Shown: positions 1 through 10,398 of the stretch, piece by piece | Numbering within the stretch: the stretch's first letter is position 1 | How the letters are laid out: each line of letters starts with the position of its first letter | NCBI GenBank assembly: GCA_965217585.1 | Contig: OZ244561.1 | Coordinates: forward strand, 4,672,001-4,736,000 | Length of the DNA stretch: 64,000 nucleotides | From: Candidatus Latescibacterota bacterium | Lineage (GTDB): Bacteria > Latescibacterota > UBA2968 > UBA8231 | Reading direction: 5' to 3' | The notes under the pieces: generated by a model | The model's database searches: none | What the model saw: the letters and a program-made list of their open reading frames with translations, nothing else | Told to the model about the DNA's origin: nothing | Position numbers and translations under genes: made by a program

Positions 1-264
1 ATCGCCTGCCGCGAGGGGTTTTGGCCCGAAGCAGAGAGGCAGCGGCAGGACGCGTTGCTGGAGCGGTTGGGGGTGCCCGGGGGGTTGGCCGAGGTGGAGG
101 CGGAGCGGATTTTGACCTGTGCCAAGGCCGACAAGAAGCGAGTGGATGGGCGGCTGCGGTTCGTGTTGGGTCGGCGGATTGGGGAGGTGGAGGTCGTGGA
201 AGGAATAACCGATGCGACGGTGCGCGCAGCCATTGAATACGCGCAGCGCTTTTGCGAGGAATGA
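1..264 (+). CDS. aroB: 3-dehydroquinate synthase, C-terminal fragment (runs off window start)
   Basis: Frame open from base 1; DKKRVDGRLRFVLGRRIG matches the AroB C-terminal DKK...LRFVL..IG motif. Confidence 0.85.
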   Translation: MACREGFWPEAERQRQDALLERLGVPGGLAEVEAERILTCAKADKKRVDGRLRFVLGRRIGEVEVVEGITDATVRAAIEYAQRFCEE

Positions 265-269
265 GATAA

Positions 270-1589
270 ATGAGTGAAAATCAGCCTCACAAAGTTCACC
301 TAGTCAGCTTAGGATGCCCGAAAAACACGGTCGATTCTGAGCGGATGCAGGGGCTTTTGCAGGGCCATGCCTATCAGATGACGGACGTGCCGGAAGAAGC
401 GGACGTGGTGGTGGTCAATACCTGCGGCTTTATCGAACCGGCCAAAGAGGAGTCCCTCGCCGCGATTATGGACGCGCATCGGCTCAAACAAGAGGGTCAG
501 TGCGAGGGAGTGATTGTCACGGGGTGTCTATCGACGCGCTACTACGAGGAGCTAGCGCAGGAGTTGGTGGAGGCCGACAAGCTGTTGACGATCGCCGACG
601 AGGCCGACATCGTCCACCACGTTGACGACGTGTTGGGCGTCCAGCGGCCCAGGTACTTGGCCAGCTTGCCGCGAACCTCGCTGACGCCCAAGCACTGGGC
701 GTACCTGCGCATATCGGACGGCTGCGATCATCAATGCGCCTTTTGCGCCATTCCCGCCATCCGCGGGCGGCACGTGAGCGAGCCGGTCGAACAGCTCGTG
801 GCCGAGGCCGAGCGGCTGGCCGCGGAAGGGGTGCGGGAGCTGGTCTTGGTCTCGCAGGACTCGGTGCGCTACGGGGCCGACCTCTACGGCCGGCCGCAGC
901 TCGTGCGCCTCTTAAACGCGCTCGCCGAGGTGGAGGGCATTGAGTGGATGCGCTTGATGTACACCTATCCGGCGTTCTGGACCGAGGAACTGATCGACTT
1001 CTACGCCACGTGCGACAAAATGTGCCGGTACATCGACATGCCGCTGCAACACATCTCCGACCCAGTGCTCAAGCGCATGAAGCGGGCGACGACGCGCCAA
1101 AAGACACTCGATTTGTTGGCGCAGCTGCGGGAGCGGCTGCCGGGGGCTGGGCTGCGCTCGACGTTCATCGTCGGCTTCCCCGGCGAGACCGAAGCCGATT
1201 TTGCCGCCTTGCTGGAGTTCGTGGCCGAGACGCGCTTTGACTACGCGACCGGCTTTCTCTACTCACCGGAAGATGAGACTTCGGCGTATGAGCTTGGCGA
1301 TCCGGTCGCCGAGGAGGTCAAGCAGGAGCGCTACAGCCGCCTGACGCAACTACAGGAGCGCGTGGGCACGGAGAAAAGCGACGAGCTCGTCGGCACGCGG
1401 CAGGTGGTCTTGGTCGATGCGCGCGAGGGGGCAGTGTGCTATGGGCGGATGGAGCGCGATGCCCCGGAAATCGACGGCCAAGTCGTCATCGCCGAGGGCA
1501 CGCCTCCGGTGGGTTCTTTCGTCGAAGTGGAGATCACCGCCGCCGCGCCCTACGAGCTGAGTGCTAAGGTAGTGGGAGAGCCGCGTTGA
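270..1589 (+). CDS. rimO: Ribosomal protein S12 methylthiotransferase (radical SAM, UPF0004 + TRAM)
   Basis: SLGCPKNTVDSE, NTCGFI, CxxxCxxC (CDHQCAFC), C-terminal DAPEIDG. Confidence 0.95.
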   Translation: MSENQPHKVHLVSLGCPKNTVDSERMQGLLQGHAYQMTDVPEEADVVVVNTCGFIEPAKEESLAAIMDAHRLKQEGQCEGVIVTGCLSTRYYEELAQELVEADKLLTIADEADIVHHVDDVLGVQRPRYLASLPRTSLTPKHWAYLRISDGCDHQCAFCAIPAIRGRHVSEPVEQLVAEAERLAAEGVRELVLVSQDSVRYGADLYGRPQLVRLLNALAEVEGIEWMRLMYTYPAFWTEELIDFYATCDKMCRYIDMPLQHISDPVLKRMKRATTRQKTLDLLAQLRERLPGAGLRSTFIVGFPGETEADFAALLEFVAETRFDYATGFLYSPEDETSAYELGDPVAEEVKQERYSRLTQLQERVGTEKSDELVGTRQVVLVDAREGAVCYGRMERDAPEIDGQVVIAEGTPPVGSFVEVEITAAAPYELSAKVVGEPR

Positions 1590-1903
1590 ATAAGGCGAGG
1601 CCGCGCGACATCGCCGTGGATGGCCAGGCCGGCGAGTTGGTCATTGCGTGGAGCGATGGCCGCGAGAGCCGTTACAGCTTGGAGGGGTTGCGGCGCGAGT
1701 GCCCTTGCGCCCACTGCCGGGAACTGCGCGATACGAGCGAAGGGGGGTTGACGCTCTTGCAGCCCGAGGCAGTGTCGGCCACGGCCGAGGTGCGGGGGGT
1801 TAGCTACGTCGGGCGCTACGGCATTCGCATCGAATGGGCCGACGGGCATGATCACGGCATTTATACGTTTGAGTTTTTTCGCGCGATAGACGCGGGCGGA
1901 TGA
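1586..1903 (+). CDS. DUF971 / GBBH-like N-terminal domain protein
   Basis: LRRECPCAHC and VGRYGIRIEWADGHDHGIY motifs; start overlaps rimO stop. Confidence 0.85.
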   Translation: MNKARPRDIAVDGQAGELVIAWSDGRESRYSLEGLRRECPCAHCRELRDTSEGGLTLLQPEAVSATAEVRGVSYVGRYGIRIEWADGHDHGIYTFEFFRAIDAGG

Positions 1904-1930
1904 GGCAAGGCGGGTTTTGGGAAGCGAGCG

Positions 1931-1957
1931 ACCACCCCTGACAGGGTGGTTTTTTTT
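1931..1957 (+). terminator. Rho-independent terminator
   Basis: ACCACCC-ctgaca-GGGTGGT stem followed by a T run, downstream of the aroB-rimO-DUF971 unit. Confidence 0.75.
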
Positions 1958-4022
1958 ATGCCGCTTGGCGCACCGGAACGTCGCGGGGGGCGCGGGCGAT
2001 CCACTGCTCGGCGAGGAGGAGGGCGAGGGCCAAAATCAGGAATTCGCGCCATAGCTCGCGGCCGTGGCGGTTGCCCAAAACTGCGAGGCGCAGGTCGTCG
2101 CCCGGGCTGAGGAAATGGACTTCTGCGTCTGCGAAAACGCTCCGTACGTACTCGGGTACTACGGGTGCGAGCGCGGATTCGCGGGCGTCGAGGTTGACGG
2201 CGAACGCATCGACCACTGCGCCCGCAGTGCGCAGGTGCCAGATGCCGGCCTCGCCGACTTGGGGAATTTTCCACAAGTATTGGCCGCCGACGCGCTCCGG
2301 CTCCAAGCGCAGGCGCTCGCCCGACGGCGTTTCGGCCTCTACCGCAGCTTCCATTGGCACATCGGCCAAGCGGCGATAGACCGTTTCCCCGACCAAGTAG
2401 GTAGCGCGGCGGTCGGGCGGCAAGCTCAGTTCGCGCACCAAGCGGTGCAGGAGCGGGGCGAACAACCCGCGTTGGTGCAGGTCGTTCCACTGCGGGTCAA
2501 TGGGGAACGCCGCGAGCGCGACGCGCCCCTGCTCCTTCCAAGCTAGCGCCATGGCGAGCTGCCCGCCGTCGAAGCGGGCCAAGGGGAGGAGGTCGGGCGC
2601 GGGGACCATGGCGAAATAGGCGTAGAAGCGCGGTTGATCTCCGTCGTCGGCGAGGAGGTCTGTGAAGAGTCGGTGGTGCGGCTCTTCCTCGTCTAGGACT
2701 TGATAGATGGCCGCGTTGCCGGGCGAGCCGATCCGGTCTTTGAAGCGTCCCGGGGTCAGGCCGGGCAAGAGGTCGCGGTTGTAGTAGCCGAGGTCACTGT
2801 GCGGCGCGGGGAAGAGGACCACGCCCCCGCCACCGGCGACGAATTCGTCCAAGGCTGTCTTTTGCGCCGCGCTCAGCCGCGCGAGGTTGCAGAGCACGAG
2901 CACATCTACTCCGGCGAGGGCGTTGGCGTTGAGGTCGGCAAAGAGACCGGTGCGAATTTTCACGACCGGATCGGAGAGGGCCGCCGCCCCGAGTGCCCGG
3001 CGCGCATAGTACGCGTCCTCGGGTCGCTCGCCCAACAGCAGCACGGTGATGGCGGTGGGCAGGTCGAGCGTGAAGTAGCGGCGGTTGTCGAGCGCGAGGG
3101 CATCGTCGGCGAGCGCGACGTGTCCACTCAGCCGCCCGGGCCGTCGCGGTGAGAAGCTGAGTGCTACTTGGGTCGTGCCCGGCGCTCCGGGATCCACGCC
3201 TTGGCGACGCACGCGCTGACCATCGACAAAAAGGTCGAGCGTTGTGCCCTCACCGCTGTGGGCGATTGCGGCTTGCAAGGCGACCTTGGCGTCGGCAGCG
3301 AGCATCCAACTCGGGGCCGCGACCCGCTTGACGTAGGCATTCGACCGGGTCTGGGCGCGGGGACCAGCGACATAGACGCGCGCGCCAGCAAAGGACGGGG
3401 CCGAGTCGTCGAGTTGATCCCAGTTGTATTGGGCCAAATCGGTAAAAATAAAAAGTTCGTGCGCTAATTCGGATTCTTGGTTTAAGCGTTGGGCCGCCGC
3501 GTGTAAGGCAGCGCGCAAGTCCGTCGCCTCTTGCGTCGGCGCGAGTTCGGCAATGCGCTCGGCCAAGTAGGCGCGGTCGCCCGCTAAAGGGGCGTGGGGC
3601 CGTTGGGCAAAAGGCTGTACGGCCACTTGATCGCGCGGGGGTAAAACAGCCAGCAGGTCGCCGAGTTGGAACTGGAGCTGGTCGAAGAAGGAGCCAGAAG
3701 GCCGTTGGTAGCGGGTGCTGTACGACAGATCCAAGAGCGCGTGAACGGTCACCGGGCGATCTCCGCCTCCCCATCCGCCGCCGGCTTGATACGTCGGGCG
3801 GGCAAAGGCGCAGACGATGAGCGCGACGATGAGGGTGCGCAGCAAGAGAACCAGCCACTGGCGTAGCTGGAGCCGCCGCATGCGGTTTTGCTGTAGCTGG
3901 CGCAGAAAGGCGAAGTCGCTGAAAGGATGGGGCTGGGCACGCCCTCGATGCAGCAGGTGGATGGCTAGAGGGAGGGCTGCCGCTACTAGTCCGAGGAGGA
4001 CCGCGGGATTGAGAAACTGCAA
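1956..4022 (-). CDS. BatA/aerotolerance N-terminal + vWA domain membrane protein
   Basis: MQFLNP..L.L...LPLAIHLL N-terminus, DLSYS MIDAS-like motif, FTD, C-terminal FAVN...RES...ELWR TM anchor. Confidence 0.85.
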   Translation of the reverse strand: MQFLNPAVLLGLVAAALPLAIHLLHRGRAQPHPFSDFAFLRQLQQNRMRRLQLRQWLVLLLRTLIVALIVCAFARPTYQAGGGWGGGDRPVTVHALLDLSYSTRYQRPSGSFFDQLQFQLGDLLAVLPPRDQVAVQPFAQRPHAPLAGDRAYLAERIAELAPTQEATDLRAALHAAAQRLNQESELAHELFIFTDLAQYNWDQLDDSAPSFAGARVYVAGPRAQTRSNAYVKRVAAPSWMLAADAKVALQAAIAHSGEGTTLDLFVDGQRVRRQGVDPGAPGTTQVALSFSPRRPGRLSGHVALADDALALDNRRYFTLDLPTAITVLLLGERPEDAYYARRALGAAALSDPVVKIRTGLFADLNANALAGVDVLVLCNLARLSAAQKTALDEFVAGGGGVVLFPAPHSDLGYYNRDLLPGLTPGRFKDRIGSPGNAAIYQVLDEEEPHHRLFTDLLADDGDQPRFYAYFAMVPAPDLLPLARFDGGQLAMALAWKEQGRVALAAFPIDPQWNDLHQRGLFAPLLHRLVRELSLPPDRRATYLVGETVYRRLADVPMEAAVEAETPSGERLRLEPERVGGQYLWKIPQVGEAGIWHLRTAGAVVDAFAVNLDARESALAPVVPEYVRSVFADAEVHFLSPGDDLRLAVLGNRHGRELWREFLILALALLLAEQWIARAPRDVPVRQAA

Positions 4023-4040
4023 GGCGGGGAAGGTGCCGCG

Positions 4041-4514
4041 CTAGCTCGCAGAAGGAATATCGCGCTCTGCAGCTTCGATGGTGGCGATGATTTCCTCGGC
4101 CGAATTCGCTTCGATGAGCTTCTTTTTGAACGCGTCGTTTTTGAGCAAGCGCGAAATCCGCGCCAGCGCCTTGATGTGGGGGCCGGAGACATTGGCCGGG
4201 GAAACCAGCAGGAAGAACACGAAGGCTGGCTCGCCGTCGAGGGCATCGAAATCAACTCCCCGCCGCTGGGTGCCCATGGCCGCGACCAATTTAGTCGCCG
4301 CGGCCGACTTGCCGTGGGGGATGGCGATGCCGTCGCCGATGCCCGTGCTCATGATCTTTTCGCGGTCGAGTACAGCTTGCAATACTTGGTCGCGGTCGGT
4401 GATGGAGTCGCCGACTACGAGCGAGTTGACCAGCTCGGCGATGATATCCTCTTTGGATTCTCCTTTGAGGTCAACTATGGTGGATTCGGGCGACAGAATA
4501 TCCAACAGGTTCAT
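4041..4514 (-). CDS. PTS sugar transporter subunit IIA (Fru/Ntr family)
   Basis: REKIMSTGIGDGIAIPHG phospho-His motif; start taken at ATG 4514. Confidence 0.9.
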   Translation of the reverse strand: MNLLDILSPESTIVDLKGESKEDIIAELVNSLVVGDSITDRDQVLQAVLDREKIMSTGIGDGIAIPHGKSAAATKLVAAMGTQRRGVDFDALDGEPAFVFFLLVSPANVSGPHIKALARISRLLKNDAFKKKLIEANSAEEIIATIEAAERDIPSAS

Positions 4515-4581
4515 GCGCGTTATCTCCGAGTGATTTGTTGAAAAATAAGCCATCCCCGCGACATTCGTCAACCACTCATTG

Positions 4582-5079
4582 TTATTGAGTTATGGCTTTT
4601 ACAAGTCGCGGTACCACGAAGTAGAGCAAGCGCCCGCGACTAATTTCTTCCCAAGAGTGGACGCCCAATTCGACCGCGGCTAGGCCCGCAGTCGGCAGGT
4701 AGATGCGCGCGCCCGTTAGCTCGCAGATCCACTCCTCCAGCCCTGGGTTGTGGGCAATGATGAGTCCGGTCTGCGCGCTGTCTGGCAAGCCAGCCGCCGC
4801 TTGGGCCAAGGTGCTGGGGGACGAGAGGTAGAGCGCGTCGTCCAAGTGCAGGACGCTCGCCGGCAGGCCGAGGGATGCGGCTAGGCCGGTGGCCGTCTGG
4901 TGCGCCCGGAGCGCTGCCGAGGCCAGCACGAGCTCGGGGCGCGGGCCATACACTGCGAGCAGGCGGGCGATGCGGGGCAAATCCGCACGGCCGCGCTTGT
5001 TGAGCGGACGGTCGAAATCGTCGCTTATCCCGGGGGGATAATCCGACTTGGCGTGGCGCATTATTAGCAAGGTCTTCAT
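4582..5079 (-). CDS. sixA: Phosphohistidine phosphatase SixA family
   Basis: MRHAKS, DRPL..RG, S.A.RA.QT, AHNPG motifs. Confidence 0.85.
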   Translation of the reverse strand: MKTLLIMRHAKSDYPPGISDDFDRPLNKRGRADLPRIARLLAVYGPRPELVLASAALRAHQTATGLAASLGLPASVLHLDDALYLSSPSTLAQAAAGLPDSAQTGLIIAHNPGLEEWICELTGARIYLPTAGLAAVELGVHSWEEISRGRLLYFVVPRLVKAITQ

Positions 5080-5196
5080 GGAAATTAGGAATTGGGAACG
5101 TGTTGGTTGCGTGAGCATTTACTAGAGGGTATTTTTATCAACAGCAAGATAGTGTGTGCCTGCGCTCGATACAAACGCGACTCAGGATTTCTATTC

Positions 5197-6267
5197 ATGG
5201 TTCCGCAACCCGTAGAGCTCAATTTAACCATCCGCCCCCAGCGGCGCTTTGCAATCATCGACATCGCCGAGCTGATCCGCGAGCAAGTCGGCGACGAGCT
5301 GCGCCCCTTTCGCAAAGCCGCGTACTGTTCATTTCACACTACGGCCGGCTATATAGAGCAGGGCATGTGTCGGCGCTTGGGGCACAGCCGCAAGCAGATC
5401 GACCCATTTATCCGCGCCATCAAAAAGATATTTCCCTACAACGCTGGCTATTTCCACGACCGCATGCAGCTACGCGACGAGCTGAGCGAGGGCGAAAAGG
5501 AAAAGGAGCCGGTCAACGCCGACTCGCATCTGACCTTTATCGCCGCGGGTCTCAAAAACTGCGTGACTTATATCCACCGCCCTGAGCAGCCGGTGTACTT
5601 CATTGAGCTAGACGGTATCTACAAGCACTACGTGCGCAACCGGCGCACCGCAGTCATGGCCTACAACCGCGCCGAAATCGTGCATCGCGGTCGGGTGGAG
5701 ATTCCAGTGGCCGACAGCCATGCGATCGACGCCTTCAACCTCAAGGATCCGCGCTACGGTCTCTTTGAAACGCTTGCCGATCGGCTGCGGCAATGCGGCA
5801 TAGACAAAGGCTGCATCGACATTCGCCTCGCCCCGGAGGAAAAGCACGTCGGCATGACCGTCAACGAGTACGAGACCCTGTTGATGCGCAACGACTTGCC
5901 CCAGGCCCTCAGCGATCCGCTGCGCTACGTGCTCCAGCACGGCAAGCGTCTTCTGCGGCATCCCGCCTCCATCCCCGGCAAGATGCACGCCTACGCAGCC
6001 TACGATTCCCTGCGCTTCTACAACGAATTGCTCGATCAAGTTCCGGTGGGGCGGTCGGTCATCGACCGCATATTTTCGGTGTTGTCAACGCCGGCCCAGC
6101 GCATCTTGCGCCTGAAGCGCCACATCCGGCTGCTGGTTTCAGACAGCGCGGGAGCCGGGGCGGATCGCATTCTACAGGGCACGTACCAAAGCCCGATTCT
6201 GGTGCAGCACCAACCGGCTGCGGGCGGCGTGCGCGCGCTCGACGTCACCCTGCGCCGCTTCGTCTGA
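5197..6267 (+). CDS. Hypothetical protein, YjbQ/UPF0047-like (apparently two-domain)
   Basis: HTTAG, YFHD, NADSHL, FIELDG in the first half; TVNE and QGTYQ in the second half. Confidence 0.6.
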   Translation: MVPQPVELNLTIRPQRRFAIIDIAELIREQVGDELRPFRKAAYCSFHTTAGYIEQGMCRRLGHSRKQIDPFIRAIKKIFPYNAGYFHDRMQLRDELSEGEKEKEPVNADSHLTFIAAGLKNCVTYIHRPEQPVYFIELDGIYKHYVRNRRTAVMAYNRAEIVHRGRVEIPVADSHAIDAFNLKDPRYGLFETLADRLRQCGIDKGCIDIRLAPEEKHVGMTVNEYETLLMRNDLPQALSDPLRYVLQHGKRLLRHPASIPGKMHAYAAYDSLRFYNELLDQVPVGRSVIDRIFSVLSTPAQRILRLKRHIRLLVSDSAGAGADRILQGTYQSPILVQHQPAAGGVRALDVTLRRFV

Positions 6268-6269
6268 GC

Positions 6270-7610
6270 ATGCAGGTCGATCCTTCCATTTTCAAAGCCT
6301 ACGATATCCGCGGCATCTATCCCGACCCCCTGAGCGAAGAAGTAGCCTATGCCATAGGCCGTGCCTTGGTGGCGCTGCTAAAGTGCGAGGAGGTCGTCGT
6401 AGGGCGCGACATGCGCCTTTCGAGTCCGGCCATAAAAGAGCACCTCTTGCGCGGCCTCGTCGATCAAGGCGCGGACGTCATCGACATCGGCATGGTCGGC
6501 ACCGATCAGTACTACTATGCCTGCGCCACCTTGGATCGCCCAGGCGCGATGGTGACGGCTTCGCACAACCCGCCCGAATACTGCGGCTTCAAGATGGTGC
6601 GCCAAATGCCCTATTTGCTCAGCGGCGAATCCGGGATCCAAGACCTGCGCCGCCTCGTGGCAGAAGAGAGCTGGGGCACGAGTCAACGGCGGGGTGCGGT
6701 TCGGACCGAGGACGTGGCAGCAGGCTTTATCGACAAGGTGTTGAGCCTGGTGGATCCGGCCCGCATCAAGCCGCTCAAGGTGGTGGCCGACACGGGCAAC
6801 GGCATGGTCGGGCCGATTCTGCAAGACGTGTACGAGCGATTGCCCATTGAGTTTATCGGCATGTACCTAGAGCCGGATGGCCATCTGCCCAACCACGGTC
6901 TCGACCCCATGCAGCCGGAAAACCGCGCCGACTTGGAGCGCCGCGTCCTAGCCGAAGGCGCAGACGTCGGTTTTGCCTTCGACGGCGACGGCGACCGCTT
7001 TTTCATCATTGATGACCGGGGCCGCTTCGTGCCCGGCGACTTTGCGACCGCGCTGATGGCTTGCTACATGCTAGAGCGCCATCCCGGTGCCAAGATCGTG
7101 TACGATGTGCGTTGCTCGTGGGCCGTGCCCGACCTCGTAAAAGCGGTCGGCGGTACCCCGCTGATCGAGCGCGTGGGGCATTCGTTCCTCAAGCCGCGGA
7201 TGTTTGAGGAAGAAGCCGTTTTCGCGGGCGAGCTGAGTGGTCATTACTACTTCCGCGACTTCTTTGGCGCGGATTCGGGCCTCGTGCCGTCGCTGGTGAT
7301 GCTGGAACTGTTGTCGCAGCGCGGGGTTAAGCTCTCCGAACTGCTCGCTCCGCTAGAGCACCAGTACTTCACGTCCTCTGAGATCAACTCCGAGGTCGCG
7401 GACCCCGCCGCCAAAATCGCGGCCCTAGCTGACCGCTACCAAGACGGCCACATCCTGCGCCTCGACGGGATTTCAGTCCGCTACGACGACTGGCACTTCA
7501 ACGTGCGGCCCTCCAATACCGAGCCGCTGTTGCGGCTCAACCTAGAAGCCCTCTCCGCAGAGCGCATGGCCGAGAAGCGAGATGAAGTACTCGCCTTTAT
7601 TCGCGCGTAA
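6270..7610 (+). CDS. Phosphomannomutase/phosphoglucomutase
   Basis: FKAYDIRG, TASHNP, FDGDGDR, GELSGH, RPSNTEP; true start ATG 6270 (the ORF track extends upstream spuriously). Confidence 0.95.
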   Translation: MQVDPSIFKAYDIRGIYPDPLSEEVAYAIGRALVALLKCEEVVVGRDMRLSSPAIKEHLLRGLVDQGADVIDIGMVGTDQYYYACATLDRPGAMVTASHNPPEYCGFKMVRQMPYLLSGESGIQDLRRLVAEESWGTSQRRGAVRTEDVAAGFIDKVLSLVDPARIKPLKVVADTGNGMVGPILQDVYERLPIEFIGMYLEPDGHLPNHGLDPMQPENRADLERRVLAEGADVGFAFDGDGDRFFIIDDRGRFVPGDFATALMACYMLERHPGAKIVYDVRCSWAVPDLVKAVGGTPLIERVGHSFLKPRMFEEEAVFAGELSGHYYFRDFFGADSGLVPSLVMLELLSQRGVKLSELLAPLEHQYFTSSEINSEVADPAAKIAALADRYQDGHILRLDGISVRYDDWHFNVRPSNTEPLLRLNLEALSAERMAEKRDEVLAFIRA

Positions 7611-7613
7611 ATT

Positions 7614-9071
7614 ATGACGGCCCCCGCCCCTAAGATCCCGTGGGCTTTCGCCCTCGACCGCCGCTACTTTGCGGCGTTTTTGGTTTTCCAAGGCGCGGTG
7701 GTCGCTGGCAGCATCTTCGTTTCCGAGTTCCTCCCGATCCTCGTCGTCGGCGCGCTCTGCGTCGCGTTCTTTGTCGCGGGCCTGATGCTGAGGCCGTGGA
7801 TCGTCGTCCCAATTTTGTTGCTGACGACGGCCCTCGACAGCACCGGTCGGCTGTTCGGCGAGTCCGGCCCTTCAAAAGACATCTTCTTGCTGACGGGGTT
7901 TCACTTGGCCTTCGGGCTGATGGTCGTCGGCTTGGCCGCCAACATCTGTCTGCGGCAGCGCATGCACTTTCCCGACTTCGAGATTAAGATGCCGCTCTTT
8001 TTGTTCCTCGCGTCTATTGCGGTGTCGCTGACGTACACGCCCAATCAGCCGGCTGCAACCGTCAGCTTCTTGCGGATTTGCGCCCTCGTGCTCTTCACCT
8101 ACATGGTGCAAATCACGCTCGACTCTAGGCGGACCGTGTCCGCGGTCTTATGGTCCCTAGTGGTCTTGACGATAGCGGGCTCAGTGATGGGGGCCTATCA
8201 GGTCATCACCGGCCAATTCCACCTGCCGGCCAAGGTCATCACCGCCTTGGGCGGCAACGTGCCGCGGGCGACGGGGGCCTTTCACAACCCCAACATCTTT
8301 GCCTCGTTTGTAATGAGCGGCGTCCTGCCGCTGTTGGCCGTCTTGCTCAATTATCGACTGCCTAGGGGCCAGCGGGCGCTTTTTGCTTTGTCGATCGTCA
8401 TCGGCATTGGCGGGCTGTTGGCCTCGTTTAGCCGCTCTAGCTGGGTGTCAACGCTGGCCGGCGTGCTCGTCATCCTCTGGTTGAGCGGCAAGCTGCGCTA
8501 TTTTTTTATCGTAGTTTTTGCCTCTATCCTGCTGGTGCTCGGCCTCAAAGAATTCGTGCCTTATGCCGAGTACATCTTCGAGCGCTTCGCCTCCATCTTT
8601 ACCTTGTTTGATGAGTTCGGCTCGACCGGCCGCGCTTCGAGTACGGCGCGCATTTATCTCGTCATGGCCTCGCTCGACATGTTTTTGGACCATCCGTTCT
8701 TGGGCGTTGGTTGGCGGGCCTTCCCGGTCGTATTCTCCGAATACGCGCCGCCCGGATATCCCCACTGGACCCTAGTAAAAGAGCCGCACACTATAGTGAC
8801 TGCGGTCTTGGGCGAACTAGGCATCGTTGGTTTCGCGGCTTTTGTCTGGTTTGTCGGGAAGACGTTCTTTTTGAGCTTGGGGCGCTTGCAGCAGATGCAG
8901 GATTCCTATTTACGCGCCGTAGCCATCGGCTTGATCGCCACGTTTGTCGCCTTCCAGGTCAATCAGTCGTTCAATGGCGACCTGCCCAGCAACATGTTTT
9001 GGTTCTACATCGGCATGCTCTTCGCCGTGCAGCGGCTCGACGCGGACGCGCGTGCGCCGTTAAGGTCTTAG
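7614..9071 (+). CDS. O-antigen ligase / Wzy-like polymerase family membrane protein
   Basis: Many TM helices, RATGAFHNPN, SFSRSSW, DHPFLGVG, H...ELGIVG. Confidence 0.85.
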   Translation: MTAPAPKIPWAFALDRRYFAAFLVFQGAVVAGSIFVSEFLPILVVGALCVAFFVAGLMLRPWIVVPILLLTTALDSTGRLFGESGPSKDIFLLTGFHLAFGLMVVGLAANICLRQRMHFPDFEIKMPLFLFLASIAVSLTYTPNQPAATVSFLRICALVLFTYMVQITLDSRRTVSAVLWSLVVLTIAGSVMGAYQVITGQFHLPAKVITALGGNVPRATGAFHNPNIFASFVMSGVLPLLAVLLNYRLPRGQRALFALSIVIGIGGLLASFSRSSWVSTLAGVLVILWLSGKLRYFFIVVFASILLVLGLKEFVPYAEYIFERFASIFTLFDEFGSTGRASSTARIYLVMASLDMFLDHPFLGVGWRAFPVVFSEYAPPGYPHWTLVKEPHTIVTAVLGELGIVGFAAFVWFVGKTFFLSLGRLQQMQDSYLRAVAIGLIATFVAFQVNQSFNGDLPSNMFWFYIGMLFAVQRLDADARAPLRS

Positions 9072-9117
9072 TCCCCTGTTTGCCGTGCCGGCGCTTTGAA
9101 GAACGCGAGGATCAATC

Positions 9118-10278
9118 GTGAAAGTTTTGCTGCTATCGCACCTCTACCCCAACGTCATATCTAAGCTCTCCGGAAGTTTTGTCCACAATCAGGCGCGTTT
9201 CCTCCAAGATCATTGTCAACTAGAAGTTGTAGCACCCGTGCCTTGGTTTCCCCTGCCGGGATTTGGGTTGTGGAGTGCCTACCGCCATGTCCCACGCTGC
9301 GAAGTGGTGGACGGAATCGAGGTACGACATCCCCGCCGCTTCGCCGTACCGCGGCGGATTTTTTTTACTCAGCAGTGGCGTTTTCACCTCAAGGCTTTGC
9401 GCAACGCTGTTGCGGGTGTGCCGGACATCATCCACGCACACTGCGCCTATCCCGACGGTCGGGCCGCTGTTGAGTACGGTTCACAAACCGGCCGACCCGT
9501 AGTCATCACGGTCCACGGTTCAGACATTAAGATCCTACCCAAGCTCAAGTCCCAATGGCGGCAATTGATCGTTGAGGCCCTAACGCAAGCCGCGGCCGTT
9601 ATTGTCGTCAGCCAAGAACTGCGTCGCGAGGTGATGCAATTGGGCGTCCCGGCCGATAAGGTTCGCTACATTCCCAACGGCGTTGACTGTCGGCTCTTTT
9701 CGGTGGCCGGGTCGCACCAGCCCGATAAAGAAAAGTGGCACCTACTTTATGTGGGCCGATTTGTCGAGGCAAAGGGATTGCACGTCTTGCTAGCGGCATT
9801 GGCTAAAGTGCGCAGTCAGGGCCGCGATGTCTCGTTGACCTTGATCGGCGGCCATCCTGCGACCGGGACCGCCGATCCTTTCCTACCTCAAGTCAAGGCC
9901 TTGAACCTGTCCGAGCATGTGTCGTTTGAGGATGCGGTCCCTTGGGAGGAGCTACCTTCCTATATGGCCGCCGCCGATCTGTTCGTGCTGCCCAGTTTCA
10001 GCGAGGGACTGACCACGTCGCTGATCGAAGCCATGGCCTGTGGCCTGCCCGTGGTCGCCACGCGCTGTGGTGGGCCAGAGGAGGTCGTCAATGAGGAGAT
10101 CGGGCGGCTAGTGGCGGTCGGCGACGCGGAGGACTTGGCGGCGGGCATCCTCGCGGTGCTAGACGAATACGACCGCTACGATCGCGCGGCGATCCGCCGA
10201 CAGGCCGAGGAACGCTACGACTATCGCCGGGTGGCGGCTCGCATTTACGCGCTCTACGAGGAGGTGCTAGCCAGATAA
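9118..10278 (+). CDS. Glycosyltransferase family 4
   Basis: TVHGSD, IPNGVD, YVGR...KG, EGL....IEAMACGLPVV. Confidence 0.92.
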   Translation: MKVLLLSHLYPNVISKLSGSFVHNQARFLQDHCQLEVVAPVPWFPLPGFGLWSAYRHVPRCEVVDGIEVRHPRRFAVPRRIFFTQQWRFHLKALRNAVAGVPDIIHAHCAYPDGRAAVEYGSQTGRPVVITVHGSDIKILPKLKSQWRQLIVEALTQAAAVIVVSQELRREVMQLGVPADKVRYIPNGVDCRLFSVAGSHQPDKEKWHLLYVGRFVEAKGLHVLLAALAKVRSQGRDVSLTLIGGHPATGTADPFLPQVKALNLSEHVSFEDAVPWEELPSYMAAADLFVLPSFSEGLTTSLIEAMACGLPVVATRCGGPEEVVNEEIGRLVAVGDAEDLAAGILAVLDEYDRYDRAAIRRQAEERYDYRRVAARIYALYEEVLAR

Positions 10279-10398
10279 TGTCCGCAGATTCCCAACGCTG
10301 GTACCAATCCCGGACAATGCGCGGTACGCGGTTGCATAAATGGATACAAATGACGAAAATATAACGAGATAAGATACACCTTCTACCGCCAGAATCCC

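Noticed and set aside
5793-6269. Long N-terminal extension of the phosphomannomutase ORF
   Set aside because: It overlaps the upstream gene in another frame; the family N-terminus begins at ATG 6270.
10278-10398. Short ORF MSADSQRWYQSRTMRG.. overlapping the GT4 stop
   Set aside because: Under 30 codons with no recognisable homology; cannot be supported as a gene.
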